Made by a program: the position numbers and the translations under genes
From: a virus
Taxonomy: Duplodnaviria; Caudoviricetes
Length of the DNA stretch: 60,501 bases
Direction: 5' to 3' (one strand)
IMG/VR virus record: IMGVR_UViG_3300030116_002908
Span: 1-60,501 of that record
Part shown: in pieces, positions 28,975-36,796 of the stretch
Numbering within the stretch: the first letter of the stretch is position 1
Layout: each line of letters begins with the position of its first letter
The notes under the pieces: model-generated
Told to the model about the DNA's origin: nothing
Seen by the model: the letters and a program-made list of their open reading frames with translations, nothing else
The model's database searches: none

Positions 28975-30867
28975 ATGACACTACAAATGGCAATGTTTAC
29001 ACCGAAAAGCGAGTGGATACCACCTGAGCAACTTCCTGATCTGTCTTCAGCCAAGACCATCGCAATCGATGTCGAGACCAAAGATCCCGATATCAAAGGT
29101 AGCGGTCCAGGTTGGCCCACAGGTAATGGAGAGATTGTAGGCTACGCCGTAGCTGTCGATGGTTTTAAATGCTATGTGCCCATCAAACATCTTGGTGGCG
29201 GTAACCTTGATGAACGTATCGTCAATAACTGGATGAAGAAGATCTGCGAAAGCCCCGCTGATAAAATCATGCACAACGCACAATACGATGCCGGTTGGCT
29301 ACGTCGCACAGGTTTTAAAATTAATGGCCGTATTATTGATACAATGGTTGTCGCATCACTTCTCGATGAGAACAGGTTTAGCTACAGCCTTAACGCACTA
29401 GCCTATGATTATATATCGAAGACCAAGTCAGAGAAAGGATTGACTGAAGCAGCACAGGAGTTCGGTGTTGATCCGAAAGCAGAGCTATGGAAGCTACCGT
29501 CTATGTATGTTGGCCCCTATGCTGAGACTGACGCCGAAGTCACCTTGGAACTTTGGAATTGTTTCAAGGCTCTTATACAGAAAGAAGACTTACAATCTAT
29601 CGTCGATCTTGAGCTGGGCGTGTTACCTGTCCTTATCGACATGACATGGAAAGGTGTTCGTATCGATACAGACCGCGTTGAACGTACAAGAGACTATCTG
29701 CTCAAAGAAGAAAAGAAAGTTTATTCACGGATCAAGGAACTTACTAATGAAAACGTAGAGATATGGGCAGCCGCTTCGCTTGCCAAGGCTTTCGACAACG
29801 TCAGCCTACCGTATCCAAAGACCGACAAGGGCGCCCCAAGTTTCACAAAAGCGTTCCTTGCAGAACATACACACGAACTACCAAAGCTGATCCTCAGATG
29901 CCGTGAGCTTAACAAGACTCACGGTACGTTTATCAGCACTATTATGAAGTACACCACGCCTCAAGGCCGTATACACGGGCATATCAATCAGATTAGATCA
30001 GATGATGGCGGTACAGTTTCAGGACGGATTAGTATGAACCATCCTAACCTACAGCAGATTCCAGCCCGTGATCCACAGCTGGGACCAATGATACGCTCGT
30101 TGTTTTTACCTGAAGAGGGAGCCAAGTGGGCTAGTTTAGATTACTCGCAACAAGAACCACGGATCTTGGTTCACTACGCTCATGCTTACGCCCGATCACA
30201 GAACCACGACATGAAAGGTGTCAATGAGTTTGTAGACGGTTACATCAATGATCCTGACATGGATTTTCATACGATGGTAGCTGAAATGGCAAAGATACCA
30301 CGAAAGCAAGCCAAAACGATTAATTTAGGTTTGATCTATGGCATGGGCGTAAATAAGCTGTCAGATCAACTAGATATACCTGTAGATGAAGCTAAAGGTT
30401 TAATACAACAATACCATGACAGAGTCCCGTTTGTTAAACTTTTGATGAACGGCGTTATGAATAAGCTCAATAATCGCACCAGCTCAGGTTCGATTCGCTC
30501 CATACTTGGTCGTAAGTGCAGATTTGATCTATGGGAGCCCGATACGTTTGCTCTAAACAAGGCTCTGCCTTATAAAGAAGCGGTCAATGAATATGGGCCA
30601 ACGACAAGATTAAAGCGAGCTTACACTTACAAAGCACTTAACAGACTGATCCAAGCGTCAGCTGCTGATATGACAAAACAAGCCATGGTAAATATTTATT
30701 CTGAGGGAATTATCCCGCTAATTCAAATACATGACGAGATAGCTGTATCATTTACTTCAACTGATGAGACAAAAAAGGTTGCATCTATCATGGAAGACGC
30801 GGTAAAATTAAATGTCCCTAGTAAGGTCGATGTGGAAGTGGGACCTTCATGGGGCGAATGTGAGTAA
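28975..30867 (+). CDS. DNA polymerase family A with 3'-5' exonuclease
   Basis: IDVET, HNAQYD, GRIS..PNLQQIP, DYSQQEPR, RKQAKTINLGLIYG, QIHDE. Confidence 0.95.
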   Translation: MTLQMAMFTPKSEWIPPEQLPDLSSAKTIAIDVETKDPDIKGSGPGWPTGNGEIVGYAVAVDGFKCYVPIKHLGGGNLDERIVNNWMKKICESPADKIMHNAQYDAGWLRRTGFKINGRIIDTMVVASLLDENRFSYSLNALAYDYISKTKSEKGLTEAAQEFGVDPKAELWKLPSMYVGPYAETDAEVTLELWNCFKALIQKEDLQSIVDLELGVLPVLIDMTWKGVRIDTDRVERTRDYLLKEEKKVYSRIKELTNENVEIWAAASLAKAFDNVSLPYPKTDKGAPSFTKAFLAEHTHELPKLILRCRELNKTHGTFISTIMKYTTPQGRIHGHINQIRSDDGGTVSGRISMNHPNLQQIPARDPQLGPMIRSLFLPEEGAKWASLDYSQQEPRILVHYAHAYARSQNHDMKGVNEFVDGYINDPDMDFHTMVAEMAKIPRKQAKTINLGLIYGMGVNKLSDQLDIPVDEAKGLIQQYHDRVPFVKLLMNGVMNKLNNRTSSGSIRSILGRKCRFDLWEPDTFALNKALPYKEAVNEYGPTTRLKRAYTYKALNRLIQASAADMTKQAMVNIYSEGIIPLIQIHDEIAVSFTSTDETKKVASIMEDAVKLNVPSKVDVEVGPSWGECE

Positions 30868-30890
30868 AATCGCATAACTATCCTCCAAAA

Positions 30891-30926
30891 GTAAAAGGCT
30901 CAGAGCAAATCTTGAGCCTTTTTACC
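30891..30926 (+). terminator. Intrinsic terminator, possibly bidirectional
   Basis: AAAAGGCTCA...TGAGCCTTTTT hairpin after the polymerase gene. Confidence 0.65.
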
Positions 30927-31069
30927 ATTTACACCCCTCAAAAAATTTCAATACTAAAAAGGAGAAAAATTGAGAGACTTAAAAATTACTAAATAAAATA
31001 GTTAATTGCAACCTTTTTCTTGTAATATCTTGTAAAATCGCATAATATCTTAGAAAAAACGAGGTTTAC

Positions 31070-31276
31070 ATGGATACAAACAAGTGGAAAAGCGTTCTTG
31101 TGCCAAAAGATGTGTATGAAAAGATAAAAGTTATCGCAAAAACAGAGGGACGTACCATTGGCGGCCAGCTGAGACACATCTTCTCACAGTATAAGTCAGA
31201 AGACCAGGCTAGAGTTGAAGAGATGGTTGACGCTCACATGAAGCGAAAAAGTCAGTCAGCTGTATCAGCCGAATGA
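31070..31276 (+). CDS. Ribbon-helix-helix-type transcriptional regulator
   Basis: KSVLVPKDVYEKIKVIAKTEGRTIGGQL fits the Arc/CopG strand-helix-helix pattern. Confidence 0.65.
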   Translation: MDTNKWKSVLVPKDVYEKIKVIAKTEGRTIGGQLRHIFSQYKSEDQARVEEMVDAHMKRKSQSAVSAE

Positions 31277-31527
31277 AAACCTTCTTTCTGCATCAATTTA
31301 GAGGCCGTAACGCCCAAATTATATAAAGCGTCTGTCATAGGCCCGTCTGACGCTTTCTTGCCTCTGCTTGTTACAAACAGCTCTACTGGTTCTTCTGTGT
31401 CAGGATGATACGAGACTGTTATGGCAATGCCCTCTCCTACATCAGTTGTGATACACGGCCTACGGTTTGGTAATTTTGTGTGATTTGGTATGTTCATCTT
31501 TTCCTCTTCCTTTTGTTCTAATGACAT
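31252..31527 (-). CDS. Stand-alone TSCPD-like domain protein
   Basis: KLPNRRPCIT...ITVSY...PVELFV...GK resembles the domain found C-terminal to class II RNRs; start may be 31497. Confidence 0.5.
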   Translation of the reverse strand: MSLEQKEEEKMNIPNHTKLPNRRPCITTDVGEGIAITVSYHPDTEEPVELFVTSRGKKASDGPMTDALYNLGVTASKLMQKEGFHSADTAD

Positions 31528-31633
31528 GGGCTACTTTCCTTTGTATTTTGTGACAGGTACAACCGCTTGAGTACTTCTTTCGACCACATTGATGGCAAAT
31601 GACACACGGCTCTCCTCTAAAAACTTGATTCAT
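31460..31633 (-). CDS. Small Cys/His-rich protein (57 aa, not in ORF track)
   Basis: MNQVFRGEPCVICHQCGRKKYSSGCTCHK... Confidence 0.45.
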   Translation of the reverse strand: MNQVFRGEPCVICHQCGRKKYSSGCTCHKIQRKVAHVIRTKGRGKDEHTKSHKITKP

Positions 31634-31726
31634 AAACCTTTAACTATAAATAACTTTTTATAAATTAATAGACTTGACATTAAAAAAAGTTATAATCGAA
31701 TCATAACAACCGCAGAAAGGTTACAA

Positions 31727-32206
31727 ATGGACCCTGTAACGATTACCGCGGCTTTAAGTGTTGCTAAATCCGCTTTCACCGCAATCAAAAATGGTTTCGC
31801 AGTCGGAAAAGATATAGAATCTATGGGAAAAGACCTGTCACGCTGGATGGGAGCCCTGAGTGATGTGGACAACGCTGAGAAGACCACGAAGAATGCTTCA
31901 GCTCTACAAAAATTATTCAAGGGCAAAGAAATAGAAGCCTCGGCCATCGAAGCTTTTACAGCTAAAAAGAAACTGGAACAGCAAAGACAAGAGCTAAAGA
32001 CATTTATAAATTTTCACTATGGAAGTAATTCATGGAATGAGATCCTTAAAATGGAAGGGGAGATCAGGAAAAAACGTCAACAAGATATTTATGAACGCCA
32101 AGAACTTATCAGAAAAATATGGGAATGGATCGGTATTGTTATATTGTGTGCCTCAATTATAGGATTTATTACGCTGTTAGTTTATCTTTATGTAAATAAA
32201 AATTGA
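31727..32206 (+). CDS. Hypothetical membrane-anchored protein
   Basis: 159 aa with C-terminal TM helix; TTGACA at 31674 upstream. Confidence 0.7.
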   Translation: MDPVTITAALSVAKSAFTAIKNGFAVGKDIESMGKDLSRWMGALSDVDNAEKTTKNASALQKLFKGKEIEASAIEAFTAKKKLEQQRQELKTFINFHYGSNSWNEILKMEGEIRKKRQQDIYERQELIRKIWEWIGIVILCASIIGFITLLVYLYVNKN

Positions 32207-32232
32207 CACATATGTGATCATATGCGATAACT
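32203..32232 (+). promoter_or_regulatory. Promoter of candidate sRNA
   Basis: TTGACA-N12-TATGCGATAACT, same architecture and spacing as 34394-34423. Confidence 0.55.
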
Positions 32233-32236
32233 GGTG

Positions 32237-32365
32237 TTGAAAAAGAAACAATAAAACTACCTTTTTCAAGATTCTTTATTTTACGACCTTAATTAAAAAT
32301 AAAGAACTATATAATGTGTGATGAAAAGAAGCTGCATAAGACTCCTCCGTTTTATGCAGCTTTTT
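32237..32365 (+). ncRNA. Candidate trans-acting sRNA (three hairpins, seed, anti-SD loop, terminator)
   Basis: Stems 32237-45/32261-69, 32272-82/32296-306 and 32329-39/32352-62 plus U-tract; linker complementary to early-gene leaders. Confidence 0.6.
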
Positions 32366-32424
32366 ATTTGACATAGTAAATTATATGTATAAGATATGTC
32401 GCATAACACATTATAGGAGATGAA

Positions 32425-32550
32425 ATGATTAGAGAAAAACAAGGTAAATTTGTTTGCACTCATTGTGATTATACTTACAGCTCTATGCTTGGGGATGATG
32501 AAGTGCCTGAAGTTTGCGAAAAATGTGAAGATCCTGATGGTACAAAATAA
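32425..32550 (+). CDS. Rubredoxin-like/Zn-ribbon miniprotein (41 aa, not in ORF track)
   Basis: TTGACA at 32368, AGGAG RBS; FVCTHCDY...VCEKC. Confidence 0.65.
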   Translation: MIREKQGKFVCTHCDYTYSSMLGDDEVPEVCEKCEDPDGTK

Positions 32551-33259
32551 AACACACGCTGTTATGAGCCAAAGGCATGAGGATAAGGATAGTAAAGACT
32601 ACTTTCCTACTCCGCCTTGGGCAACAAGAGCTTTGTTTGAGAAAGTATTAAAAAAATATTGGCGTATACCTGATAAGTTTACTGGCCGATATGGGCATAT
32701 AAATTGTTTGGAGCCAGCTTGCGGAGCTGGTCACATGACAAAAGTATTGAAAGAGTATTTTGATACAGTTGTTTCAGCTGACATAGATGATTATGGTCAA
32801 GACCGAATCGCCGATTTTCTTAAAACAGACGAAAAGCAGAAGTATCATTATATTGTAACCAATCCACCATTTAACCTGGCGGAAGAATTTGTATTAAAAG
32901 CATTAAAACAAGCAAGATATTGTGTTGCTATCTTTGCAAGAACGCAGTTTTTAGAAAGTGTAGGAAGATATGAAAGATTATTTAAAGAGACACATCCTGA
33001 TTTTGTGGCTCAGTTTACAGAGCGAGTACCAATCCTTAAAGGAAAGCTATCGGCAACGGCGTCCACAGCTACGAGCTATGCTTGGTTTGTTTGGAAAGGC
33101 TTTGAAGAAGATGAAAGGTCGTTTAGAACAGATTTGGTTTGGATACCACCATGTAGAAGTCAGCTTGAAAAGGAGGGAGACTATGAAGAGAGTTTGGGAA
33201 CATCATATCCTAAGTCCACAAGTCACGCCTCGCAAAGAGACTTATTTCCAAAAAATTAA
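32537..33259 (+). CDS. DNA amino-methyltransferase (N6-A or N4-C)
   Basis: YFPTPPW, LEPACGAG (SAM binding), VTNPPF catalytic motif, YAWFVW; likely start is ATG 32537. Confidence 0.85.
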   Translation: MVQNKTHAVMSQRHEDKDSKDYFPTPPWATRALFEKVLKKYWRIPDKFTGRYGHINCLEPACGAGHMTKVLKEYFDTVVSADIDDYGQDRIADFLKTDEKQKYHYIVTNPPFNLAEEFVLKALKQARYCVAIFARTQFLESVGRYERLFKETHPDFVAQFTERVPILKGKLSATASTATSYAWFVWKGFEEDERSFRTDLVWIPPCRSQLEKEGDYEESLGTSYPKSTSHASQRDLFPKN

Positions 33260-33267
33260 AAACGCCT

Positions 33268-33498
33268 TTATATATAGACAGAAAAATAAAAAAAATAATT
33301 TTATTAAAAAATAGGTGTAACTAGTGTAACCGTGTAACTTTTACTCTGTATCCCTTTATATATATGGATTATAGCAGTTACATATATGGTTACATTACTG
33401 ATATACAAATATGTAACCATACTGTTAAATCAAGTTTGGCCTTATAAGAGCCTAAAAAGTTTTTTGAAAAAAAATAATTTCTGTTATATATATAAGAT
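33268..33498. repeat. Iteron-like TGTAAC direct/inverted repeat cluster in AT-rich DNA
   Basis: GTGTAAC at 33315, 33324, 33332; GTTACA at 33377, 33389; TGTAAC at 33412. Confidence 0.65.
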
Positions 33499-34083
33499 AT
33501 GAGTATTTTAAAACCTTTGAAAAAAGGAAGAGGTCGGCCAAAAGTCGATATACATAGCAAGCTTTCTCGTAAACAAGAAAAGTTTGTTAAAGAGCTTGTC
33601 TCAAACGATGGTATGATAACCATGAGAGAAGCTGCAATAAATGCTGGTTTTCCAGCTTCTTCAGCTCATACAAGAGCTTATGAAATGACTAATCCTGAAA
33701 TCTGTCCTCACGTTGTAAGAGCAATTCAACTTTATAGAGATGAACTGGATGAGAAATATGGCGTTAATTACAAACGACATTTAAAAGATTTGCAGACAAT
33801 TAGAGATAGAGCTTTAGAGAATGGTGCTTACTCAGCCGCTGTTCAGGCTGAGTATAGAAGAGGACAAGCACAAGGTAATATCTATATTAATAAATCTGAG
33901 ATCAGACATGGCACGATTGATAGTATGTCTAAGGATGAAGTAATAAAAGCTCTCAAGGAGATTAAAGATTCGTATGAGCCAAAAAGAGTTGAGGGAGTTA
34001 TTGACCACGAAGACACCGCCTCAGCCGAAGAAGGAAAACGGCTTCTATCAGGAGATCAAAAGAGCAGTAGAAAAACTGCCTGA
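33499..34083 (+). CDS. terS: Terminase small subunit
   Basis: LSRKQEKFVKELV...EAAINAGF..SAHTRA HTH pattern; AAVQAE..RG. Confidence 0.75.
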   Translation: MSILKPLKKGRGRPKVDIHSKLSRKQEKFVKELVSNDGMITMREAAINAGFPASSAHTRAYEMTNPEICPHVVRAIQLYRDELDEKYGVNYKRHLKDLQTIRDRALENGAYSAAVQAEYRRGQAQGNIYINKSEIRHGTIDSMSKDEVIKALKEIKDSYEPKRVEGVIDHEDTASAEEGKRLLSGDQKSSRKTA

Positions 34084-34408
34084 TAACATAATCCTGACAA
34101 GAATAGAAAACTGGATGACACTTGGCATACCTGATTTACTTGTCTGTGATGCAAAAGGTAAATTTCATTTTATAGAATTAAAAGTTACAGCTGGTAATGT
34201 TGTTAAGCTTTCGCCTAATCAGGTGGCTTGGTTAACTCGGCATGGGCATGGTTCAACTTGGATTATGGTTAGAGGCCGAGAGGACTTATATTTGTATCAG
34301 GGCAAAGATGCAGTAAAGCTGAGAAGCAAAGGTCTTCTACTCGAACCATATCTACAACTTAAATATCCTTTTGACTGGGAAAAACTTTTTAGTTTGACAA
34401 TAAATTAA
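33974..34408 (+). CDS. VRR-NUC / PD-(D/E)xK nuclease (Holliday junction resolvase-like)
   Basis: RIEN..LGIPDL...FIELK...LSPNQVAW. Confidence 0.8.
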   Translation: MSQKELRELLTTKTPPQPKKENGFYQEIKRAVEKLPDNIILTRIENWMTLGIPDLLVCDAKGKFHFIELKVTAGNVVKLSPNQVAWLTRHGHGSTWIMVRGREDLYLYQGKDAVKLRSKGLLLEPYLQLKYPFDWEKLFSLTIN

Positions 34409-34449
34409 AAGTATGCGACAACTCTTATACACATTATATAGGAGATTGT
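34394..34449 (+). promoter_or_regulatory. Early promoter, operator and conserved leader
   Basis: TTGACA, TATGCGAcaacTCTTAT, ACACATTATATAGGAG. Confidence 0.65.
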
Positions 34450-34698
34450 ATGAAAGACTATACTTTTAAATTAGACGTTGATATTTGGCTTGATCGTAAT
34501 TTTACAGCTAAAGCTAATTCTTTAGAAGAAGCTGAAGAAAAAGCTAAAGTTATGGCAAAAGAAATTTTTAAAGACGCCCCAAATGTTTACAATGGTAGAG
34601 AGGGAGGTAAATCATTAGAGCTGTTGGCAAACTATTTGTCAGACTGGAATTTTGGAGATTTACGTTTTGATGTTGTTAATGTCGAGGAGGAAGAGTAA
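34450..34698 (+). CDS. Early hypothetical protein
   Basis: 82 aa, A.SLEEAEEKA motif, strong RBS. Confidence 0.7.
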   Translation: MKDYTFKLDVDIWLDRNFTAKANSLEEAEEKAKVMAKEIFKDAPNVYNGREGGKSLELLANYLSDWNFGDLRFDVVNVEEEE

Positions 34699-35186
34699 TG
34701 ATTAAACCAAATTTAACAAAGACAAGTATAACTGACGGTACTGAAGTTAGAATGTTCCGTAATTTAAAAAGTTATACAAATAGTGTCCAAATGCGACTAC
34801 CAAATGCTGAGGGCAAAAACAGATGGATCACAGTTGGATACATCGATGAAATTAGATTGGACGAGGCACAATTTATTGTCCATGAAAAGACAAGACAAAA
34901 AGTGGCGGCCGAGGGCAAAAAATATGTCCATGCATTTGTCAAAGGTAAGTGGAGAACTAACTGGACACTTGGTCAAGGCCATTCACGAAATTACGATACC
35001 GATTTGGTTGAGTATAATCCCAAACAAAATAAACTTTTTAAAGTAACAGAATGGTACGGCGGTAAATATATTCAGCCTGACTGGAGAGGAACTGTTTATT
35101 TTGGTAAAGAAACATCAGATACAAGAGTTTCTCCGGAAGTATTTGTTAAAAAAGGAACACTAACAGTATGGAAAGAGAGGGATTAA
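34698..35186 (+). CDS. Early hypothetical protein
   Basis: FRNL...KYVHAFVKG...YNP pattern seen in phage early proteins. Confidence 0.7.
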   Translation: MIKPNLTKTSITDGTEVRMFRNLKSYTNSVQMRLPNAEGKNRWITVGYIDEIRLDEAQFIVHEKTRQKVAAEGKKYVHAFVKGKWRTNWTLGQGHSRNYDTDLVEYNPKQNKLFKVTEWYGGKYIQPDWRGTVYFGKETSDTRVSPEVFVKKGTLTVWKERD

Positions 35187-35405
35187 ATGAGCAAAATTGA
35201 ACTGACCAAAGAAGATAAACAAGAAATTATATCTTGTGTAATGGAGATCAAATTTATTTTAGAAAATGGTTTAGATGAAGGTTATGAAGCAGTTAATTCA
35301 GCTACAATAAACGGTTTTAGTTATGATAATGATGATGATCTTTACAAAGATTTTAAAAAAATTCAAAACTTAGATTTAAAATTGGAGGCCTTATGGAAAA
35401 GCTAA
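35187..35405 (+). CDS. Early hypothetical protein
   Basis: 72 aa, coupled. Confidence 0.6.
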   Translation: MSKIELTKEDKQEIISCVMEIKFILENGLDEGYEAVNSATINGFSYDNDDDLYKDFKKIQNLDLKLEALWKS

Positions 35406-35770
35406 AAGACTTAGGCAATCTTTGTATCGATTGCAAAGAAGATACAAGTTTTGGATCAGGTAAGTTCGTCAATCGTATACCAGCTGATGACGGAGAAGTT
35501 TCAGGATTTATGTGTGCTGATTGTCAGATGGTTGAATGTGATTCTTGTGAACAAAAAGTTTATGAATATGCAACTAGTGAACAAGGTATGTGGTGGTGTA
35601 TTGATAAATGTTACAAACCTGAAACACTAGTTGATATTAAAACTAAGCTTAAAGATGCCCAAGGTATGTTTAAAAGTTTATTAGAAACCTTTCCTGATGA
35701 CGAAGAAATAGACTTATTTAGTAGAAAACTTAACGAACTTTTTGAACTGATGGAGGGAGAAAATGACTGA
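35393..35770 (+). CDS. Zn-finger-like early protein
   Basis: CIDC..DTSFGSGKFVNRIPA...CADC...CDSC. Confidence 0.65.
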   Translation: MEKLKDLGNLCIDCKEDTSFGSGKFVNRIPADDGEVSGFMCADCQMVECDSCEQKVYEYATSEQGMWWCIDKCYKPETLVDIKTKLKDAQGMFKSLLETFPDDEEIDLFSRKLNELFELMEGEND

Positions 35771-35969
35771 TCAAGATTTGTTAGCTTTTAAAGATGGTGT
35801 TGCAGATGGATTGTTGCACGGAGAACGTGATGAAAATAAAAACAATCATTATTATAACCAAGGTTATGATTATGGAATTACTTTGTACTCCAAATTAAAA
35901 GATGACGAAGAAAAAGAATTACACAATGATGCTGTAATAGATAATCAATATGAAAGGAGGAATCATTAA
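35763..35969 (+). CDS. Early hypothetical protein
   Basis: FKDGVADG...YYNQGYDYG. Confidence 0.65.
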   Translation: MTDQDLLAFKDGVADGLLHGERDENKNNHYYNQGYDYGITLYSKLKDDEEKELHNDAVIDNQYERRNH

Positions 35970-36046
35970 TGTTCATTTTACATTACCTAATGAAATGGCT
36001 TTACGGTGAGGATTATGAAAAGCATATGAAACGCCGTAGAAAATAG
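35969..36046 (+). CDS. 25 aa miniprotein
   Basis: AGGAGG RBS, TAATG overlap; MFILHYLMKWLYGEDYEKHMKRRRK*. Confidence 0.55.
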   Translation: MFILHYLMKWLYGEDYEKHMKRRRK

Positions 36047-36052
36047 CAAATT

Positions 36053-36079
36053 AAGGCCGTGATTGACACGGCCTTTTTT
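36053..36079 (+). terminator. Intrinsic terminator
   Basis: AAGGCCGTG-attga-CACGGCCTT then T-tract. Confidence 0.8.
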
Positions 36080-36123
36080 ATTTGATAAATATATAAGATA
36101 AATCACATATTATAGGAGAACTT

Positions 36124-36357
36124 ATGTCAAGATATCATTCAGACGCAATTGACGAAGCTTGCGAAGAAAATTTAGGTCACACCAATTGGTGCTATGCAAG
36201 ATTAGAACAACTTGAAGAAATTATAGCTGAAGAAAAAGCTAGAATTAAACAAGGTAAAGCTAGTAAAGGTATTAGTTTTGGAGATGCTATAGAGTGTATA
36301 GTAATTTTTTACAATGAACCTGATGAAGATGAAGATGAAAATGAGGAGGATGAATAA
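36124..36357 (+). CDS. Acidic-tailed early protein
   Basis: 77 aa, conserved leader and RBS. Confidence 0.65.
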   Translation: MSRYHSDAIDEACEENLGHTNWCYARLEQLEEIIAEEKARIKQGKASKGISFGDAIECIVIFYNEPDEDEDENEEDE

Positions 36358-36716
36358 TGGCCGTAATGATTAGATGCATAGAGAATGAGGGAACGTATGA
36401 GCGCTCCCACAAACGGTTTTTTGATTTGTTATATTTAAAAAAGAAAAAAACTAAAATTAATGGCAAAACTTGGACCGAAAATATTATTGTAAATAGCGAA
36501 GGTAAAGAGATTAAAGATAAAGATTTACTCAGGCTAACTTATGCAAATTTTAAAGTTTTTGAAAAAGAAGGATACGATGATTTTTTTATGGTCAGAGAAT
36601 ATATTGACGCCGACGGCAATTGTCAGCATGGTCCTGAAATAGATGTTTATATTGATCGAAAAGATCATGTAGATGAAGATGATATGAAAGTTTTAAGATA
36701 CTGGGGATTTGCATAA
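36357..36716 (+). CDS. Early hypothetical protein
   Basis: 119 aa, TAATG coupling. Confidence 0.65.
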   Translation: MAVMIRCIENEGTYERSHKRFFDLLYLKKKKTKINGKTWTENIIVNSEGKEIKDKDLLRLTYANFKVFEKEGYDDFFMVREYIDADGNCQHGPEIDVYIDRKDHVDEDDMKVLRYWGFA

Positions 36717-36749
36717 AACTTTACATATAAGAAAAATCTGATATAAATG

Positions 36750-36778
36750 AAAGCTGGGATTTATTCTCAGCTTTTTTT
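36750..36778 (+). terminator. Hairpin plus T-tract (duplicated at 37527)
   Basis: AAAGCTGGGA-tttat-TCTCAGCTTTTTTT. Confidence 0.6.
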
Positions 36779-36796
36779 ATCACATAGGAGGGAAAA

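Noticed and set aside
32450-32536. Hydrophobic N-terminal extension of the methyltransferase
   Set aside because: It overlaps a better-supported Zn-ribbon ORF (32425-32550) with its own RBS; ATG 32537 is the more plausible start.
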